The notes: generated by a model from the sequence alone, not told the origin. A stretch of 64,000 nucleotides of DNA from Vulcanimicrobiota bacterium (GCA_963812155.1 CAWETW010000004.1:96001-160000); one strand, 5' to 3'; counted from the first letter of the stretch, positions 20,500-32,014 are shown. Numbers and translations: made by a program.

Positions 20500-21431
20500 A
20501 GCGCGCGCTCTTTCTCGGCGGCGCTGCCGCGGTCTGTTCTTTGGCCGAAAGGCGGATCTGCTTCGACCCTGCAGTCGGCCGTCGCAATCGCCGCCGCGCA
20601 CTCTCCCCGGGACGATCGGCGTCTGTGCGCGCACGCTCGACGCGCCGCCCGCTCGTCGCAGTACCGCGCATCCGACGTCTTTCCGACCGCCTCGACCATC
20701 AAAGTGCTTGATCATGGCAACGGCCTTTGCGATGGACGAAGCAGACGGCCGGCATCGCTCGACACGCAGCTCACGTCTTCGACACGTCGAGCGACTTGAT
20801 CGGCGGATCCGATTTCATGACCGAACAACCCGACGGCGCGACGTTTTACGGTGCGCCAGCTCATCGTCCCGATGATTCAACTGAGCGACAACACCGCCGC
20901 CAACATGCTCATCGGCTATCTCGGGCGTCGAGCGCAATCAACGACGTCGGCGGCCAAGCGCGGGCATGAAGCACACGCACCTCGCGCGCAAGTTCCTCGA
21001 TACGGGCGCCGTCGATCCACCATCACGACAACGTTACGACGCCCGCCGACATGGCGCGCTGCTCTACGTCATCGAATACGGCGCGCACGAAGGCGTCCCG
21101 ACGATCGCCTCGGCCGAGCATTGCCGCACGATGGTCGACGATCATGCTCGGCCAAACCGATCGCGCGAAAATCCCGGCCGCGCTGCCGGCCGGCATGCCG
21201 ATCGCAAACAAAACCGGCGAAATCACCGGAACGCGCAACGACGTCGCCATCGTGGACCCGTTCGGCGATGCGCCGCTCGTTCTGGCGATTCTCACCAAAG
21301 ACGCGACCGACTACGCCGCTTCGAACGCAGCGATCCACGCGGTCGCCCGCGCCGTTTACGCCTCGGCTTTGGATTCGACGGTCAGCGTGCGCATCGCGTC
21401 GCCGCGCTGGATGGCGTCGAGGGCTTCGTAG
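20496..21431 (+). CDS. Class A beta-lactamase-related serine hydrolase, frameshifted
   Basis: ASTIK (SxxK), SDN, KTG and RNDVAIV motifs across frames. Confidence 0.85.
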
Positions 21432-21853
21432 CCGTCGGTCATCCCGCCGAAGACGGTGTACTGGTTGTCGAGAAAACGCGCGTCGGCGAGGCAGATGTAG
21501 AACTGCGAGCCGGCGCAGTCAGGGTTCGACGAGCGCGCCATCGCGAGCGTGCCGCGCAGGTGCGGGCGCGCGTTGAACTCGGCCTTGAGGCGATAGCCCG
21601 GGCCGCCGGTGCCGTCGCCGTCGGGGTCGCCGCCCTGAATGACGAAACCCGGCTCGACGCGGTGGAACGCCAGGCCGTCGTAAAAGCCGGCTTTCACGAG
21701 CTTGATGAATGCCGCGGCATGCATCGGCGCATCGTCGGGAAAGAGTTCGACGACGATGTCGCCCTTATCGGTGGCGATGCGCACCTGCGAGGTGCGCGCT
21801 TCGTCCGCGTATGCGTCGAGTTCGTCGGGCTGGGGCGGCGTGTGGGACGGCAT
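21356..21853 (-). CDS. Cyclophilin-type peptidylprolyl isomerase
   Basis: FYDGLAFHRVEPGFVIQGGDP, GTLAMAR, GSQFYI. Confidence 0.95.
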   Translation of the reverse strand: MPSHTPPQPDELDAYADEARTSQVRIATDKGDIVVELFPDDAPMHAAAFIKLVKAGFYDGLAFHRVEPGFVIQGGDPDGDGTGGPGYRLKAEFNARPHLRGTLAMARSSNPDCAGSQFYICLADARFLDNQYTVFGGMTDGYEALDAIQRGDAMRTLTVESKAEA

Positions 21854-21887
21854 GCGTAAGGTTTCCTCCGGGGCGGTGGGTTCTAGG

Positions 21888-22191
21888 TCACCGGTGGCTT
21901 GTGCAAGCGGCATCCGAAAGCCTCGTCGCCGTCGAGGAGCGCAATCTTCGCCTCGCGCGCAACTGTTTGAATCGGGCCTCCTGCGAGCGGGCCGCGTCGT
22001 ACGATGCGGCATGCCACCACGCGACGAGCGCAACCGGAAGGCGACCGCGCGTGTACTTCGCTGCGACGCCGCGACGATGGGCTTTGACGCGCCTGGCAAG
22101 ATCGATCGTCGCGCCGGCGTAGAGCGAACCGTCCGCGCAGCGAGCACGTAAACGCACGGTTGCAGCCGGGGCCAGCGCGAGGCACTCGGCA
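21888..22191 (-). CDS. GIY-YIG nuclease family protein (UPF0213/YhbQ-like), frameshifted
   Basis: VYVL(R)CADGSLYAG.T.DLARR..AH..G..AKYTRGRLPV. Confidence 0.85.
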
Positions 22192-22215
22192 TCGCTGCGT
22201 ACAACTCAAACGGCA

Positions 22216-23573
22216 ATGGCATTCGGACCCCTTCGCTTCGCCGGCTTCGCAATGCTCGCAGCCTTACTCTTGGGTGCTGCCGCCGCAGACGACGCCCTCG
22301 CCCCGGTGACCCCGGATGCACGCGTCGCCGCAATGGTCGGAGCGGTGAGCGCCGAGCGTCTCAAGGCGACCGACGATCGCCTAGTCGGCTTTGGAACGCG
22401 CAACGATTTTTCGGAGAACACGTCGACGTCGACGCACGGCGTCTTCGGCGCGCGCGACTGGATCGCGTCGCAGTTCCAAGCCATCGCCGCCACGACGGGC
22501 GGGCGTATGACGGTCGCACTCGACACGTACCTTCAGCCGAAGACGGCTCGGACGCCGCGCTCGGTTCGGGAATCGAGCGTCATTGCGACGCTGCGCGGGG
22601 ACGAACCCGGCCGCATCTACGTCATGTCGAGCCATTTCGACGATTGCGACGGACATTGTACCGACGGCCTCGGGGTCGCCCCGGGCGCCGACGACAACGG
22701 TTCGGCGGTTTCGGCCGTGCTCGAAGCGGCGCGCGTGATGGCGCAACGCCTTTCCGCGGGACGATCGTCTTTGCATGCTTCGACGGCGAGGAACTCGGCC
22801 TGTGGGGGTCGGACCACTTCGCCCGCGAGGAAGCAGCACGCCACGCTCCGATTCTCGCGGTGCTCAACAACGACATCATCGGCAACTCGACCGGCGGCGA
22901 CGGTGTGAGCGAACCGAACGTCGTTCGGGTGTTCAGCCAGGGCTTGCCCGCCGGCGCCTCGCTCGAACGCGTCAACCTCGTGGGTTCGGAAAACGATTCT
23001 CCGTCGCGCGAACTTTCGCGCTTCGTGGCGTCGGTCGTGCCGGCGTACGTCGCGGATTTCAGCGTGCGCCAGATCTTCCGCGCGGACCGCTTTCTGCGCG
23101 GCGGCGACCAGGAGTCGTTCCAGGATGCGGGCTATGCGGCGGCGATCCGCTTCGTCGAACCGCACGAAAACTTTACGCATCAACACCAAGACGTTCGGGT
23201 CGAGAACGGCGTGCAGTTCGGCGATCTGCCGCAATACATCGACGCCGCCTATCTTGCGCGCGCGACGCAAGCCAACGTCGCGTCGCTCGCCACGCTCGCG
23301 CTCGGCCCGGCACCTCCCGGAAAAGTCGAACTCGTGACCAAGCACCTTGGGTACGATTCGACGTTGCGCTGGAAGCCGGCGGCCAACGCGGCTTCGTACG
23401 AAATCGTTTGGCGCACCACCGACGCTCCGCAGTGGCAGCACGCGCGCGACGTCGGCAGCGGCACGCTGGCCACGGTCCCAGTCTCCAAAGACGACTACGT
23501 GCTCGGCGTACGCAGCGTCGACGCAAACGGCCTGCGCAGCCCGGCCGTGTATCCGGCCCCCGTGCGTGAATGA
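22216..23573 (+). CDS. M28 family metallopeptidase, secreted (frameshift ~22745)
   Basis: SHFD, APGADDNGS, GEELGLWGS, NNDIIG, GGDQ. Confidence 0.9.
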
Positions 23574-23591
23574 TGCCCGCGTCAATGCGAT

Positions 23592-24428
23592 ATGACGGCA
23601 GCGCAGCCTCCTGACGCGTACGCCGTCTTTCAACGCGTTCGCTCCGCCGTTTCGAGCGCCGCGTATCCGGGCCGGCTCGATTATACGGTAGCCGTCAGCG
23701 GCTTCGACGGGGATCGCTTTCGCGAAAATCACTATCGCGCGAGTTACGATGCGAGCGATGGTGCGATTCGCGAATTTCCAATCAGCGCCGAGGAACTTGC
23801 ATCGCCATCGGCGCCACACGGCGTGAACGTACGATTCGTCGTCGGACTTTACGGCTTTGCATACGTCATTCCGCTGGGACCGCCGCCACCCTCTGCCGAC
23901 GTCATCGGCGTTCCGCTTCTTACGCCGACGTACGCGTTTGGGTTGCAACTTTCGCAGCCGGCTTGGGTGCATACGCAAGACCGAATGGCGACCGGCCTCA
24001 AAACGATTGCCGTGGTGTCGACAAATGCGCGCGACTATTCCGTTGCAATGATCGACGCGCCGCTCCTCGATGGAGCGCCGACCTATCACTTGCAGTTGAC
24101 GCCGTTGCGCAAACCAAAAGTGAATCGATTGCGGGAGCTATGGGTAGGCGAGGACGACTACCTTCCGCGCCGGGCCATCGTTGGCGGCAACTTCACCACG
24201 GCGCCGCTCACGGACGTCCCGTGGACGGTTTCGTTTTCGCTCTTCGACGGGACGCCCGTCATTGCGAGTGAGAAAGCCGATGCCACCCTCTACCTTTCGC
24301 ACCGCCGCGTCGTGCGCGATGCCACGATCGCTTTTCAGGGCTTTCGCGAACCAAATGGTTCGCCCGTGGGCGAGCCGATCGTGCAGCCCCAGGTCGACGA
24401 CGATTCCCTGCTCGAGCCGGCGCCCTAG
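23592..24428 (+). CDS. Hypothetical protein
   Basis: 278-aa ORF in line with its neighbours; no recognised motif. Confidence 0.7.
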   Translation: MTAAQPPDAYAVFQRVRSAVSSAAYPGRLDYTVAVSGFDGDRFRENHYRASYDASDGAIREFPISAEELASPSAPHGVNVRFVVGLYGFAYVIPLGPPPPSADVIGVPLLTPTYAFGLQLSQPAWVHTQDRMATGLKTIAVVSTNARDYSVAMIDAPLLDGAPTYHLQLTPLRKPKVNRLRELWVGEDDYLPRRAIVGGNFTTAPLTDVPWTVSFSLFDGTPVIASEKADATLYLSHRRVVRDATIAFQGFREPNGSPVGEPIVQPQVDDDSLLEPAP

Positions 24429-24467
24429 CGCGGTCACATAAGGCGTCGCACAAACGTTGCCCCCGGT

Positions 24468-25208
24468 ATGAAAACGGCGTCGTTCGGGCGGATCGTTTTC
24501 GGCGCGTCGGCGGTCTTGTTCGGCGTCATCTGCCTCATGTGGCACGACGCCGACACGTGGCAGTATCTGAGTAGACTCTGGAAGCTGCCCTTAGGCACCA
24601 CAATCGGCGGCTGCCTTATGGTCGCGCAAATCGTCGGCGGGCTCTTCCTGGCTTATCCGCGCAGCGCGCGGATCGCTTCGATTATTCTAGGGATCGTCTA
24701 CGTCTTGTTTTCTCTGCTCGGCATTCCGCCGATCGTCGCCGCGCCGCGCGTCGCCGGAGAGTATTTTGGTTTCTTCGAGCAGTTCTGCCTCTTGTGCGGA
24801 GCGATTGCGGTATGCGCCTCTACCGAGACGAGCGCAACCAGAGCGACGGCCTTCGGACGGATTGCGCGCATCGGCCTTGGGCTCTCCGCCGTCTGGTTCA
24901 TGCTTGGGCAGGCACTTTTTCTGGCGCAGACCGCTAGCCTCGTGCCGGCGTGGATGCCGCCGAATCAGATGTTCTGGGCGGTTCTTACGACCGTCGCGTT
25001 CGGGCTCGCCGCGATTGCGCTGCTCGCGAATATTCAGGCGCGCCTTGCGACGCGCCTAATGACGGCGATGCTCGTAATTTTTGGCGTAATCGTCTGGATC
25101 CCGCTCTTAATCGCTCATCCCGCAGCGCACGGCAACTGGTCGGAGTTTGCGTTGACGGCGTTGATCGCCGGGGCTTCGTGGACGGTCGCCGAGTTGCGGA
25201 GCCTTTGA
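24468..25208 (+). CDS. Integral membrane protein (duplicated DoxX-like)
   Basis: About 8 TM; LVPAWMPP motif. Confidence 0.7.
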   Translation: MKTASFGRIVFGASAVLFGVICLMWHDADTWQYLSRLWKLPLGTTIGGCLMVAQIVGGLFLAYPRSARIASIILGIVYVLFSLLGIPPIVAAPRVAGEYFGFFEQFCLLCGAIAVCASTETSATRATAFGRIARIGLGLSAVWFMLGQALFLAQTASLVPAWMPPNQMFWAVLTTVAFGLAAIALLANIQARLATRLMTAMLVIFGVIVWIPLLIAHPAAHGNWSEFALTALIAGASWTVAELRSL

Positions 25209-25214
25209 TCGGCT

Positions 25215-26363
25215 TTACTTGACGAACGGAACGTTGTGGGGCGTAACGATCTTCGCGATGTCGCGAAAGATGGCGTTGGCGACTCCCGGAAACGGCCGCT
25301 CGACCTGGCTGTTCACGAAAATGACGAGCGTGATACCCGTCGCCGGCATGTAGTAGGCGCCGGTGTTGTAACCCGTGATGCCGCCGGTGTAGCCGTACCA
25401 GCCGGCCGAACAGCCGATGCCCAAACCGAACGAGAGATTTCCCGTGCCGGTGGGCAAACAGCTGAGGCGAGCCTTCTGCGATGACGCGCTATTGGTCGTG
25501 CCGGTCACGTAGGCTTTTACCCATTTTTTCATGTCGCTCATGTCTGAAATCATCGCGCCGGCCGCCCACGAGACCGAGGGCGCGAGCACGGACGATTCAT
25601 CCATCCACGCCTTCTTGTCGCTCGAGTTGATAGCCGTGCGCGTACGGCACCGGCATGTTGCGATCGGTCATCGGAAACGATGTCTGCGTCAATCGCATCG
25701 GCGCAAGAATGCCGGCTTTCGATCTGGTGCGCAACGGTGTCGTGCGTGACGTTTTCGATGATGAGACCGAGGATGAACCAGTTGGTGTTGCTGTAGTTAT
25801 ATTTCGTTCCCGGCGCAAACAGCGGCGGCTGCGTGCCGGCGAAATTCACCCACTGTTTCGGGCTCCGGCTTGCCCAAACCGATTCCTTCTCTTTTTGAAC
25901 TCCGGGCACCGCATACATGTCGATGATGCCGCTGCGCATCTCCGCGAGCTCGCGTACCGTAATCGTATTGGCGTTCGGAACGGTTACGCCGAGACCGAAG
26001 TGCGCGATGGTATCGTCGAGCGCGAGTTTCTTTTCGTCGACGAGTTGCAGGAGCACGGTCGCGACGAACGTTTTCGTATTACTGCCGATGCGGAAGTGAT
26101 CGGTCGTCGCCATTGCAACTCGCGGTGCGAGATTTGCATAGCCAAACGCTTTGACGAACTCGCCCTTGCCGGGAACCCAAACGCCGACGACGGCCCCGGG
26201 AATCGGCGTAGAGCCTCCATACGCGGCCAGTTCTTTGCCGACGGCCGCCGAGATGGCGTTTCGCAACGCCGCTGGGAAGTTGCGCACCCGCAGCCGCGCC
26301 GCGGACGGAGAGAAACGGCAACGCCGCCGTCAGCACGATGAGCGTTCGCCAAACGTTATTCAT
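25215..26363 (-). CDS. Serine hydrolase, beta-lactamase class C/AmpH-like, frameshifted
   Basis: FRIGSNTK (SxxK), YSNTN, YTGGITGY; signal peptide in the 26363 frame. Confidence 0.9.
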
Positions 26364-26496
26364 TAGTGATGCCGTTCGGCGCTCGCCCGCTTTGCTCCGC
26401 CGCGCCGCCCTTCGATCCGAGCGAGCGTGCGCTCTTCAGAGTTTCTTCAGAGCGCGGCGATACCGTCGAAGCAATCACGAGAGGAGGGTCTCGCCT

Positions 26497-26772
26497 ATGA
26501 GTAGCTCAGCCACGCGCCGGACGTTTCTGGCCGGCGCCGTCGTGCTTCCGGCGCTCGCCGGTTTGGCGTCGATTATGCCCGCGCGAGCCGACGCGTCGAA
26601 GAGTTCGCAGGCATCGATGCACTATCAAACGACGCCCAACGACGGAAAACAGTGTTCGGGCTGCAATTTTTTCATTCCCGGAAGCAGTGCGTCGGCCAGC
26701 GGCTCGTGCAAGATCGTCGACGGTTCGATATCGCCAAGCGGGTACTGTATCGCGTATAGTGCAAAATCGTAA
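26497..26772 (+). CDS. High-potential iron-sulfur protein (HiPIP), Tat-exported
   Basis: TRRTFL Tat motif; YQ..P....CSGC.FF...C..V.G.ISPSGYC; GAGGAGG RBS. Confidence 0.9.
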   Translation: MSSSATRRTFLAGAVVLPALAGLASIMPARADASKSSQASMHYQTTPNDGKQCSGCNFFIPGSSASASGSCKIVDGSISPSGYCIAYSAKS

Positions 26773-26952
26773 GTCCGGGGCGTTGAGTCGCTGAGGAACC
26801 TTCAACAGCGCGACGCGCTCGCGCTGCTCGTCGAAGCGCGAGCGCACGATGCGAATCGGCTCCCGGCCGGCGCAGATGCCGGCGGCATACCGCCGACTGC
26901 CATTGGATCGCGGCTGCCTTTCGCCGGATCGAGTTTCAGGGGCCGGGAGGCG

Positions 26953-28971
26953 GTGTTGCGCGAGGTTGTCTCGCTCGCGCACGCGCACCGTCTCGTGACG
27001 ATCGCCGGGGCCGCCGGAGCCGGCAAAACGCAGACGGCACTGCAAAGCGCCGTCTTTCTGCGAGAGGCGGACGCGTGGGACGTGCGCTACGCCGGCTTGG
27101 CTGCGATTGGCGATAGCGCGCTCGTACCGGCCGCCATTGCCTCTGCAGCCGGATTGAACGACGTACCACATGCTCCGTTCGGTGACGCGCTGATCGCCTT
27201 CGTTAACGGAAAAAAGCTTCTGCTGGTGGTCGACGATTGCGAGGGCATCGCGTCCGGCGTCGCGGCGTTCTTGAGCGCCATCCTCGCCGGCACAACCGAA
27301 GTGCGCGTGATCGCGGCCTGCCGCGAGCCTTTGGGCATCCCCGGCGAGCAGGTCTATCGCTTACCGCCCCTCTCGCACGGGCAAGCCTGCGCGCTTTTCA
27401 CGGAGCGCAGCGCGTCTTTCGATCGCGCATTCGATCCTACCGGCAAAACGGCGGCGATCGCCGGCATCTGCCGCCGGCTCGACGGCATTGCGGGAGCGAT
27501 CGAGTTAGCCGCCGCGCGCGCCGACACGCTGACGCTCGAAACCATCGAACAGAGCCTCGAAGAACCGTTTTCGCGCGCCGCGACGTCCGCGCCGAGACCG
27601 GAAACGATGCGCGTTGCGTTGGAGTGGAGTTATGCCCTGCTCAACGATCTCGAACGCACGCTCTTCCGGCGGCTCGGCGTTTTCGCGGGATCCTTTGATC
27701 TCGAGGCCGTCGAGCGGATCTGCGCCGGCGGCATCGACGCGCTCGCTCTGCGCGGCGCGCTTTCGGTTCTCGCGCACATGGGGCTCGTGTACGGCGAGCC
27801 GTCAACGGAGCGCTATCGCCTTCTTCAACCGGCGCGTGAGTTCGCCGCGCAACGATTGAGCGAATCGGGCGAACGAGAACTCCGCGCGGCCGCTTGGGCG
27901 CGTTATTTCTGCGACCGGGCGATCGCCGCGCGGCGTCGCTACGAAGTGGGACGGACGAAGGAGTCGACGGCCACATTCGTTGCCGATCTCGACAACTATC
28001 GCGCCGTACTGCACTGGACACTCCTCGAGAGTAATGACGTCGCCGCCGGCGCCGCGCTTGCATCGGCCCTGGCGCCGTACTGGACGCAGATCCGTGCTGG
28101 CGCCGAAGGCGCGGTGTGGATAGATCGCGCGCTGGCGCTGGTCGACGAATCGGCAAAGCCCGCCCTCGCGGCTCGTCTTTGGAATGCTCGGGGGTGGCTC
28201 GCCGGCGCGGATGCGCGCCATGAGATCGGACGTCGCGCCTTATCGCTTGCCGAAACGGCCGGCGACGCAGAATCTGCGGCGTGGGCGCTGACGTTCGTCG
28301 CCGGCGGCCTTCAGCGCGCGGGGCACAGCGGCGAGGCCCTGCAAACGTACTCGCGTGCGCTCGAAGTGATGCGCGCACGCGCCAACGCACGCGGCATCGC
28401 CACGGTGCTCGCCGGCGAGGCGGCAGTCTACCGGGAACGCGAAGACCACGACGAAGCCCGCGCACGACTCGCCGAAGCGCTGCGCGAATTGCAGGCCCTC
28501 GGCGACGATTGCGGCCCGGTGGCAGCCGAACTCGCGGAGCTCGAGTTCGCCTGCGGAAACCCCAAGCGCGCGCTCGAGTTGACGAAGGAAACGCCCGACG
28601 GCGACCGCGTTCGCAGGTGCGCGTACCGCTTGGCGCTCGGCCAGCTCGAATTCGCGCGCGCCGACGCGCGCAAAGCGCTGCAAAGCGCGTTACACGCGCG
28701 CGACGATCTGACGATCGCCGTCGTCTTGCAGCATTTCGCACTGGTAGAAGCGCTCGCGGGAGAAATGCGAACCGCCGCACGGCTCCGCGGATACGTCGAT
28801 GCGCGCTACGGCGATCTCCGCTACCGACGCGGCCTCACCGAGGAATGGAGTTACCAGCACCTCATCGAGGCGCTGCAAAGCCGGCTGAGCGTCTCCGAGA
28901 TCGTCGCGCTCGCCGCACAAGGCGCGGCGTGGAGCGAGCGTCGCGCAATTCTCGAGGCGACGCGCGCGTAA
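26953..28971 (+). CDS. NB-ARC/STAND-type ATPase with wHTH and TPR repeats
   Basis: GAAGAGKT Walker A, LLLVVDDCE, ICRRLDGI..AIELAA; start uncertain. Confidence 0.85.
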   Translation: MLREVVSLAHAHRLVTIAGAAGAGKTQTALQSAVFLREADAWDVRYAGLAAIGDSALVPAAIASAAGLNDVPHAPFGDALIAFVNGKKLLLVVDDCEGIASGVAAFLSAILAGTTEVRVIAACREPLGIPGEQVYRLPPLSHGQACALFTERSASFDRAFDPTGKTAAIAGICRRLDGIAGAIELAAARADTLTLETIEQSLEEPFSRAATSAPRPETMRVALEWSYALLNDLERTLFRRLGVFAGSFDLEAVERICAGGIDALALRGALSVLAHMGLVYGEPSTERYRLLQPAREFAAQRLSESGERELRAAAWARYFCDRAIAARRRYEVGRTKESTATFVADLDNYRAVLHWTLLESNDVAAGAALASALAPYWTQIRAGAEGAVWIDRALALVDESAKPALAARLWNARGWLAGADARHEIGRRALSLAETAGDAESAAWALTFVAGGLQRAGHSGEALQTYSRALEVMRARANARGIATVLAGEAAVYREREDHDEARARLAEALRELQALGDDCGPVAAELAELEFACGNPKRALELTKETPDGDRVRRCAYRLALGQLEFARADARKALQSALHARDDLTIAVVLQHFALVEALAGEMRTAARLRGYVDARYGDLRYRRGLTEEWSYQHLIEALQSRLSVSEIVALAAQGAAWSERRAILEATRA

Positions 28972-28984
28972 AGCGCAATCCTGA

Positions 28985-30280
28985 CTAGAGTTCCGCCAGC
29001 GCTTCGTCGATCGCTTCGACCGTCAGATCTACGTCGGCCTGCGTATGCGCGGTGGAGAGAAACATCACTTCGTTCTGCGACGGCGGCAGTAAGATACCGC
29101 GATCCAGCATGGCGCGATAATAAGCGCCGTATGCCTTCCGGTCGGCGGCCCGCGCGTCGTCGAAGTTCCGTCCGGCCGCTCCCGAGCGAAATTTGAAATC
29201 GACGACCGATTCGTCCTGAACGACGGCATAGTCCAAACCGCGCGCGGCAAAAACACGGCGAATGCCGCCGGCGAGGTTGCCGGCCGCCGTTGCGAGTTGC
29301 GCGTAGTACTCGGGATGTGATTCGAGCTGATCGAGCACGCGGTGCGCCATTCCGACGCAGAACGGATTCCCCCCGTGCGTGCCGCCGGTGAACGTCTCGC
29401 CCTGCGGAGCGAGCACCCCCATGACGCCCGCGCTTCCCCCGAAGGCCGCAATCGGCGCACCGCCGCCCATGATCTTTCCCAGCGCGGTGAGGTCGGGCGT
29501 GACGCGCAACCGTCCCTGCGCGCCGCGCAGGCCGAAACGCAACCAGGTAATGATCTCGTCGAAGATCAGCAGTGCACCGTGACGCGTGGCGCGTTCGCGC
29601 AAGCCTTCGAGGAAACCGCGACGCGGCGCGACGTAGCCCATATTGCCGACGATCGGCTCGACGATGATGGCTGCGAGGCGATCCTCTCGTGCGCGCAGCA
29701 GCTCGTCGACGTGCTCGAGATCGTTATATCGCGCGACCGCAACGTCGGCAATCACGCCGTCCGGAATGCCGCCCGCCGATGGTGCGCGCGTTTGCGCCGA
29801 CGCTCCGGCATCCAGCAGCGCGAGATCGAAATGTCCGTGGTAGTTTCCACCGAACTTCAACACGAGATCGCGTTTGGTGTAGGCTCGGGCGACGCGAACG
29901 GCGCTCATCATCGCTTCGGTGCCGGTCGTCACGAAGCGCATGCGCTCCATCGAGGGCAGATGCGATCGAATGCGCTCGGCGAGACGAATTTCTTCGGGAT
30001 GCGTGCTTCCCCAGACGAAACCGGCGCGCGCGATCTCGTCGAGACCGGTCACGAGCGCGGGATGCGTGTGGCCGAAGAGCAGCGGTCCGTAGGCCATGAC
30101 GTAGTCGACGTACCGGCGTCCCGACTCGTCGTATGCGTACGCGCCGCGCGCCGACGCTTGAACGAACATCTCCGCGCCGGCGCCCCATCCCGAACGCACC
30201 GGCGAATCGCAGCCGCCCGCCAAGGCAGCGCGCGCGCGCGCCGCGCTATCGCGGGCCGGAGAAACGATCGATTCGCGCAC
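28985..30280 (-). CDS. hemL: Glutamate-1-semialdehyde 2,1-aminomutase
   Basis: GGCDSPVRS, YVDYVMAYGP, GTEAMMSA, FDEI, LGKIMGGG. Confidence 0.9.
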   Translation of the reverse strand: MRESIVSPARDSAARARAALAGGCDSPVRSGWGAGAEMFVQASARGAYAYDESGRRYVDYVMAYGPLLFGHTHPALVTGLDEIARAGFVWGSTHPEEIRLAERIRSHLPSMERMRFVTTGTEAMMSAVRVARAYTKRDLVLKFGGNYHGHFDLALLDAGASAQTRAPSAGGIPDGVIADVAVARYNDLEHVDELLRAREDRLAAIIVEPIVGNMGYVAPRRGFLEGLRERATRHGALLIFDEIITWLRFGLRGAQGRLRVTPDLTALGKIMGGGAPIAAFGGSAGVMGVLAPQGETFTGGTHGGNPFCVGMAHRVLDQLESHPEYYAQLATAAGNLAGGIRRVFAARGLDYAVVQDESVVDFKFRSGAAGRNFDDARAADRKAYGAYYRAMLDRGILLPPSQNEVMFLSTAHTQADVDLTVEAIDEALAEL

Positions 30281-30884
30281 GGAGCGTGTGCAAAGCCTCG
30301 CTAACGTCGAATGCCAACGGCGCGGCGCCATCGGCAAGCGCTCGAACGTTTCCGGACCACGCATGCTCCACCTGCGACCCGCCGGGCGGAGTCACCGCAA
30401 AGCGCGGCCTCCCGAGTTCGCGGGCAAAACGCATCGCGTGCATCGCGCCTCCACCGAGTTCGCTCGCTACGAGCACGACCGCGACCGAATATTCGACCTG
30501 CAGACGATCGCGCGCCACCAGCGCCGCGTCGTCGACCGGCTCTCCCGGCGCGCGCAGCGTAGCGACCGCGCCGCCGCCGCTCACGATGTCGCGCTCGAGC
30601 TGGGCGTTCTCGGGCGGATACGTCGCCCCGAATCCGTAGCCGACGAACGCGACGGTCGGCATGCCGCCCGCCAGGGCGCCGCGGTGCGCTGCGGTATCGA
30701 TGCCGGCCGCAAGGCCCGCGACGACCGGACGCTCGATCGCTCGGGCGAGCTCGAACGCGAAGTCGAGCGCTCGCGAGGGCGGCGTCCGGCTGCCGACGAT
30801 CGCGATGCCGCCGCCGGGAATGCGGCCCCGCACGTGAAGCGTCTGCACGAAAACCGAACGTTCGACGCATTCGGGGAGAGCCAT
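30246..30884 (-). CDS. DprA/SMF-family Rossmann-fold protein (short)
   Basis: IAIVGSR, GLAAGIDTAAHRGAL, YPPEN, RDR, GGAM. Confidence 0.8.
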   Translation of the reverse strand: MALPECVERSVFVQTLHVRGRIPGGGIAIVGSRTPPSRALDFAFELARAIERPVVAGLAAGIDTAAHRGALAGGMPTVAFVGYGFGATYPPENAQLERDIVSGGGAVATLRAPGEPVDDAALVARDRLQVEYSVAVVLVASELGGGAMHAMRFARELGRPRFAVTPPGGSQVEHAWSGNVRALADGAAPLAFDVSEALHTLRARIDRFSGPR

Positions 30885-30906
30885 CGCCACCGTCGAAGAG
30901 CGCCGC

Positions 30907-31998
30907 ATGCCGCACGTCGAGTTCGAGATTACGCCGCAGACGAACATTCGCGATCTCGTCGCTCGCCTTCCGATCGCCGCCGACGTGATGGCGGCGTTCG
31001 GTTTGGGCTGCAGCGGGTGCGGCGTGAGCCGTTCGGAGAGCATCGAGCAAGGGGCGAGCGCCCACGGGCTCCGCGTCGAGCCGATCGTAGCCGCATTGAC
31101 GCAAGCGCGCCTCTCCGGTTTCGTTCCGTTGATTTCAAACGACGACCGGCGCGCCGTACGGCGCGCGCCGGGCGCGTTTGCCGGCCGCGCCTCGATCGCG
31201 CACGTCGTTCCGGTGATGTCCGGAAAAGGGGGCGTCGGGAAATCGCTCGTCACGGCCCTGCTCGCGCTGGGATTGCGGCGCCGCGCGTTGCGCGTGGGAA
31301 TTCTCGATGCCGACATCACCGGCCCGTCGATTCCCAAACTCTTCGGATTGCACGAGCCGCTGACGATCGAGGCCGATCCACACGCCAAGACGCCGCAGGG
31401 CCAGCCGATGCCGCTCATGTCGCCGGCGGTCACGCGCAGCGCGATCGAAGTGGTCAGCGCAAACCTGTTGACCGATAAAGAAGACACTGCGATGGTCTGG
31501 CGCGGGCCGATCGTCAGCGGCGTTATCCGCCAGTTTTTCGAGCAAGTGCTGTGGAGCGATCTCGACGTGTTGCTCGTCGATCTGCCGCCCGGCACGTCGG
31601 ACGCTCCGCTCACGGTGCTGCAGTCGCTCTCGATCGACGGCGTCGTCCTGGTTACGATGCCGCAAGCGTTGGCGACGATGATCGTGCGAAAAGCGGCGAA
31701 TCTCGTACGACAATTGAAGAAACCGGTGCTCGGCGTCGTCGAGAACATGTCGTATTTCGTCGCTCCGGATACGAAAACGAAATACGAACTGTTCGGACCG
31801 TCCTACGCCGATCGCGTCGCCGAGCTGGCCCAGGCGCCGGTGCTGGCCCGCATCCCGCTCGATCCGGAGAAGGCGCGCCTGGCGGATGAAGGACGCATCG
31901 AAGAGATCGACGATCCGGTGTGCGACGAACTCGCAGGCCGGCTCCTCGCTGCGTTCGAGGCGCACCCGAAACCGAAAGAAACCATCTCGCTGATCTAA
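30907..31998 (+). CDS. Mrp/NBP35 (ApbC) Fe-S cluster carrier ATPase with N-terminal DUF1858-like domain
   Basis: SGKGGVGKS, DADITGPS, WRGP, DLPPGTSD, GVVENMS; N-terminal FGLGCSGC. Confidence 0.9.
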   Translation: MPHVEFEITPQTNIRDLVARLPIAADVMAAFGLGCSGCGVSRSESIEQGASAHGLRVEPIVAALTQARLSGFVPLISNDDRRAVRRAPGAFAGRASIAHVVPVMSGKGGVGKSLVTALLALGLRRRALRVGILDADITGPSIPKLFGLHEPLTIEADPHAKTPQGQPMPLMSPAVTRSAIEVVSANLLTDKEDTAMVWRGPIVSGVIRQFFEQVLWSDLDVLLVDLPPGTSDAPLTVLQSLSIDGVVLVTMPQALATMIVRKAANLVRQLKKPVLGVVENMSYFVAPDTKTKYELFGPSYADRVAELAQAPVLARIPLDPEKARLADEGRIEEIDDPVCDELAGRLLAAFEAHPKPKETISLI

Positions 31999-32014
31999 CC
32001 GGCTGCGCGAAAAG

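Noticed and set aside
26770..26772. Stop-codon readthrough fusing HiPIP to the ATPase
   Set aside because: TAA falls at the normal HiPIP C-terminus; an exported protein fused to a cytoplasmic ATPase is implausible, and a shared frame has a one-in-three chance.
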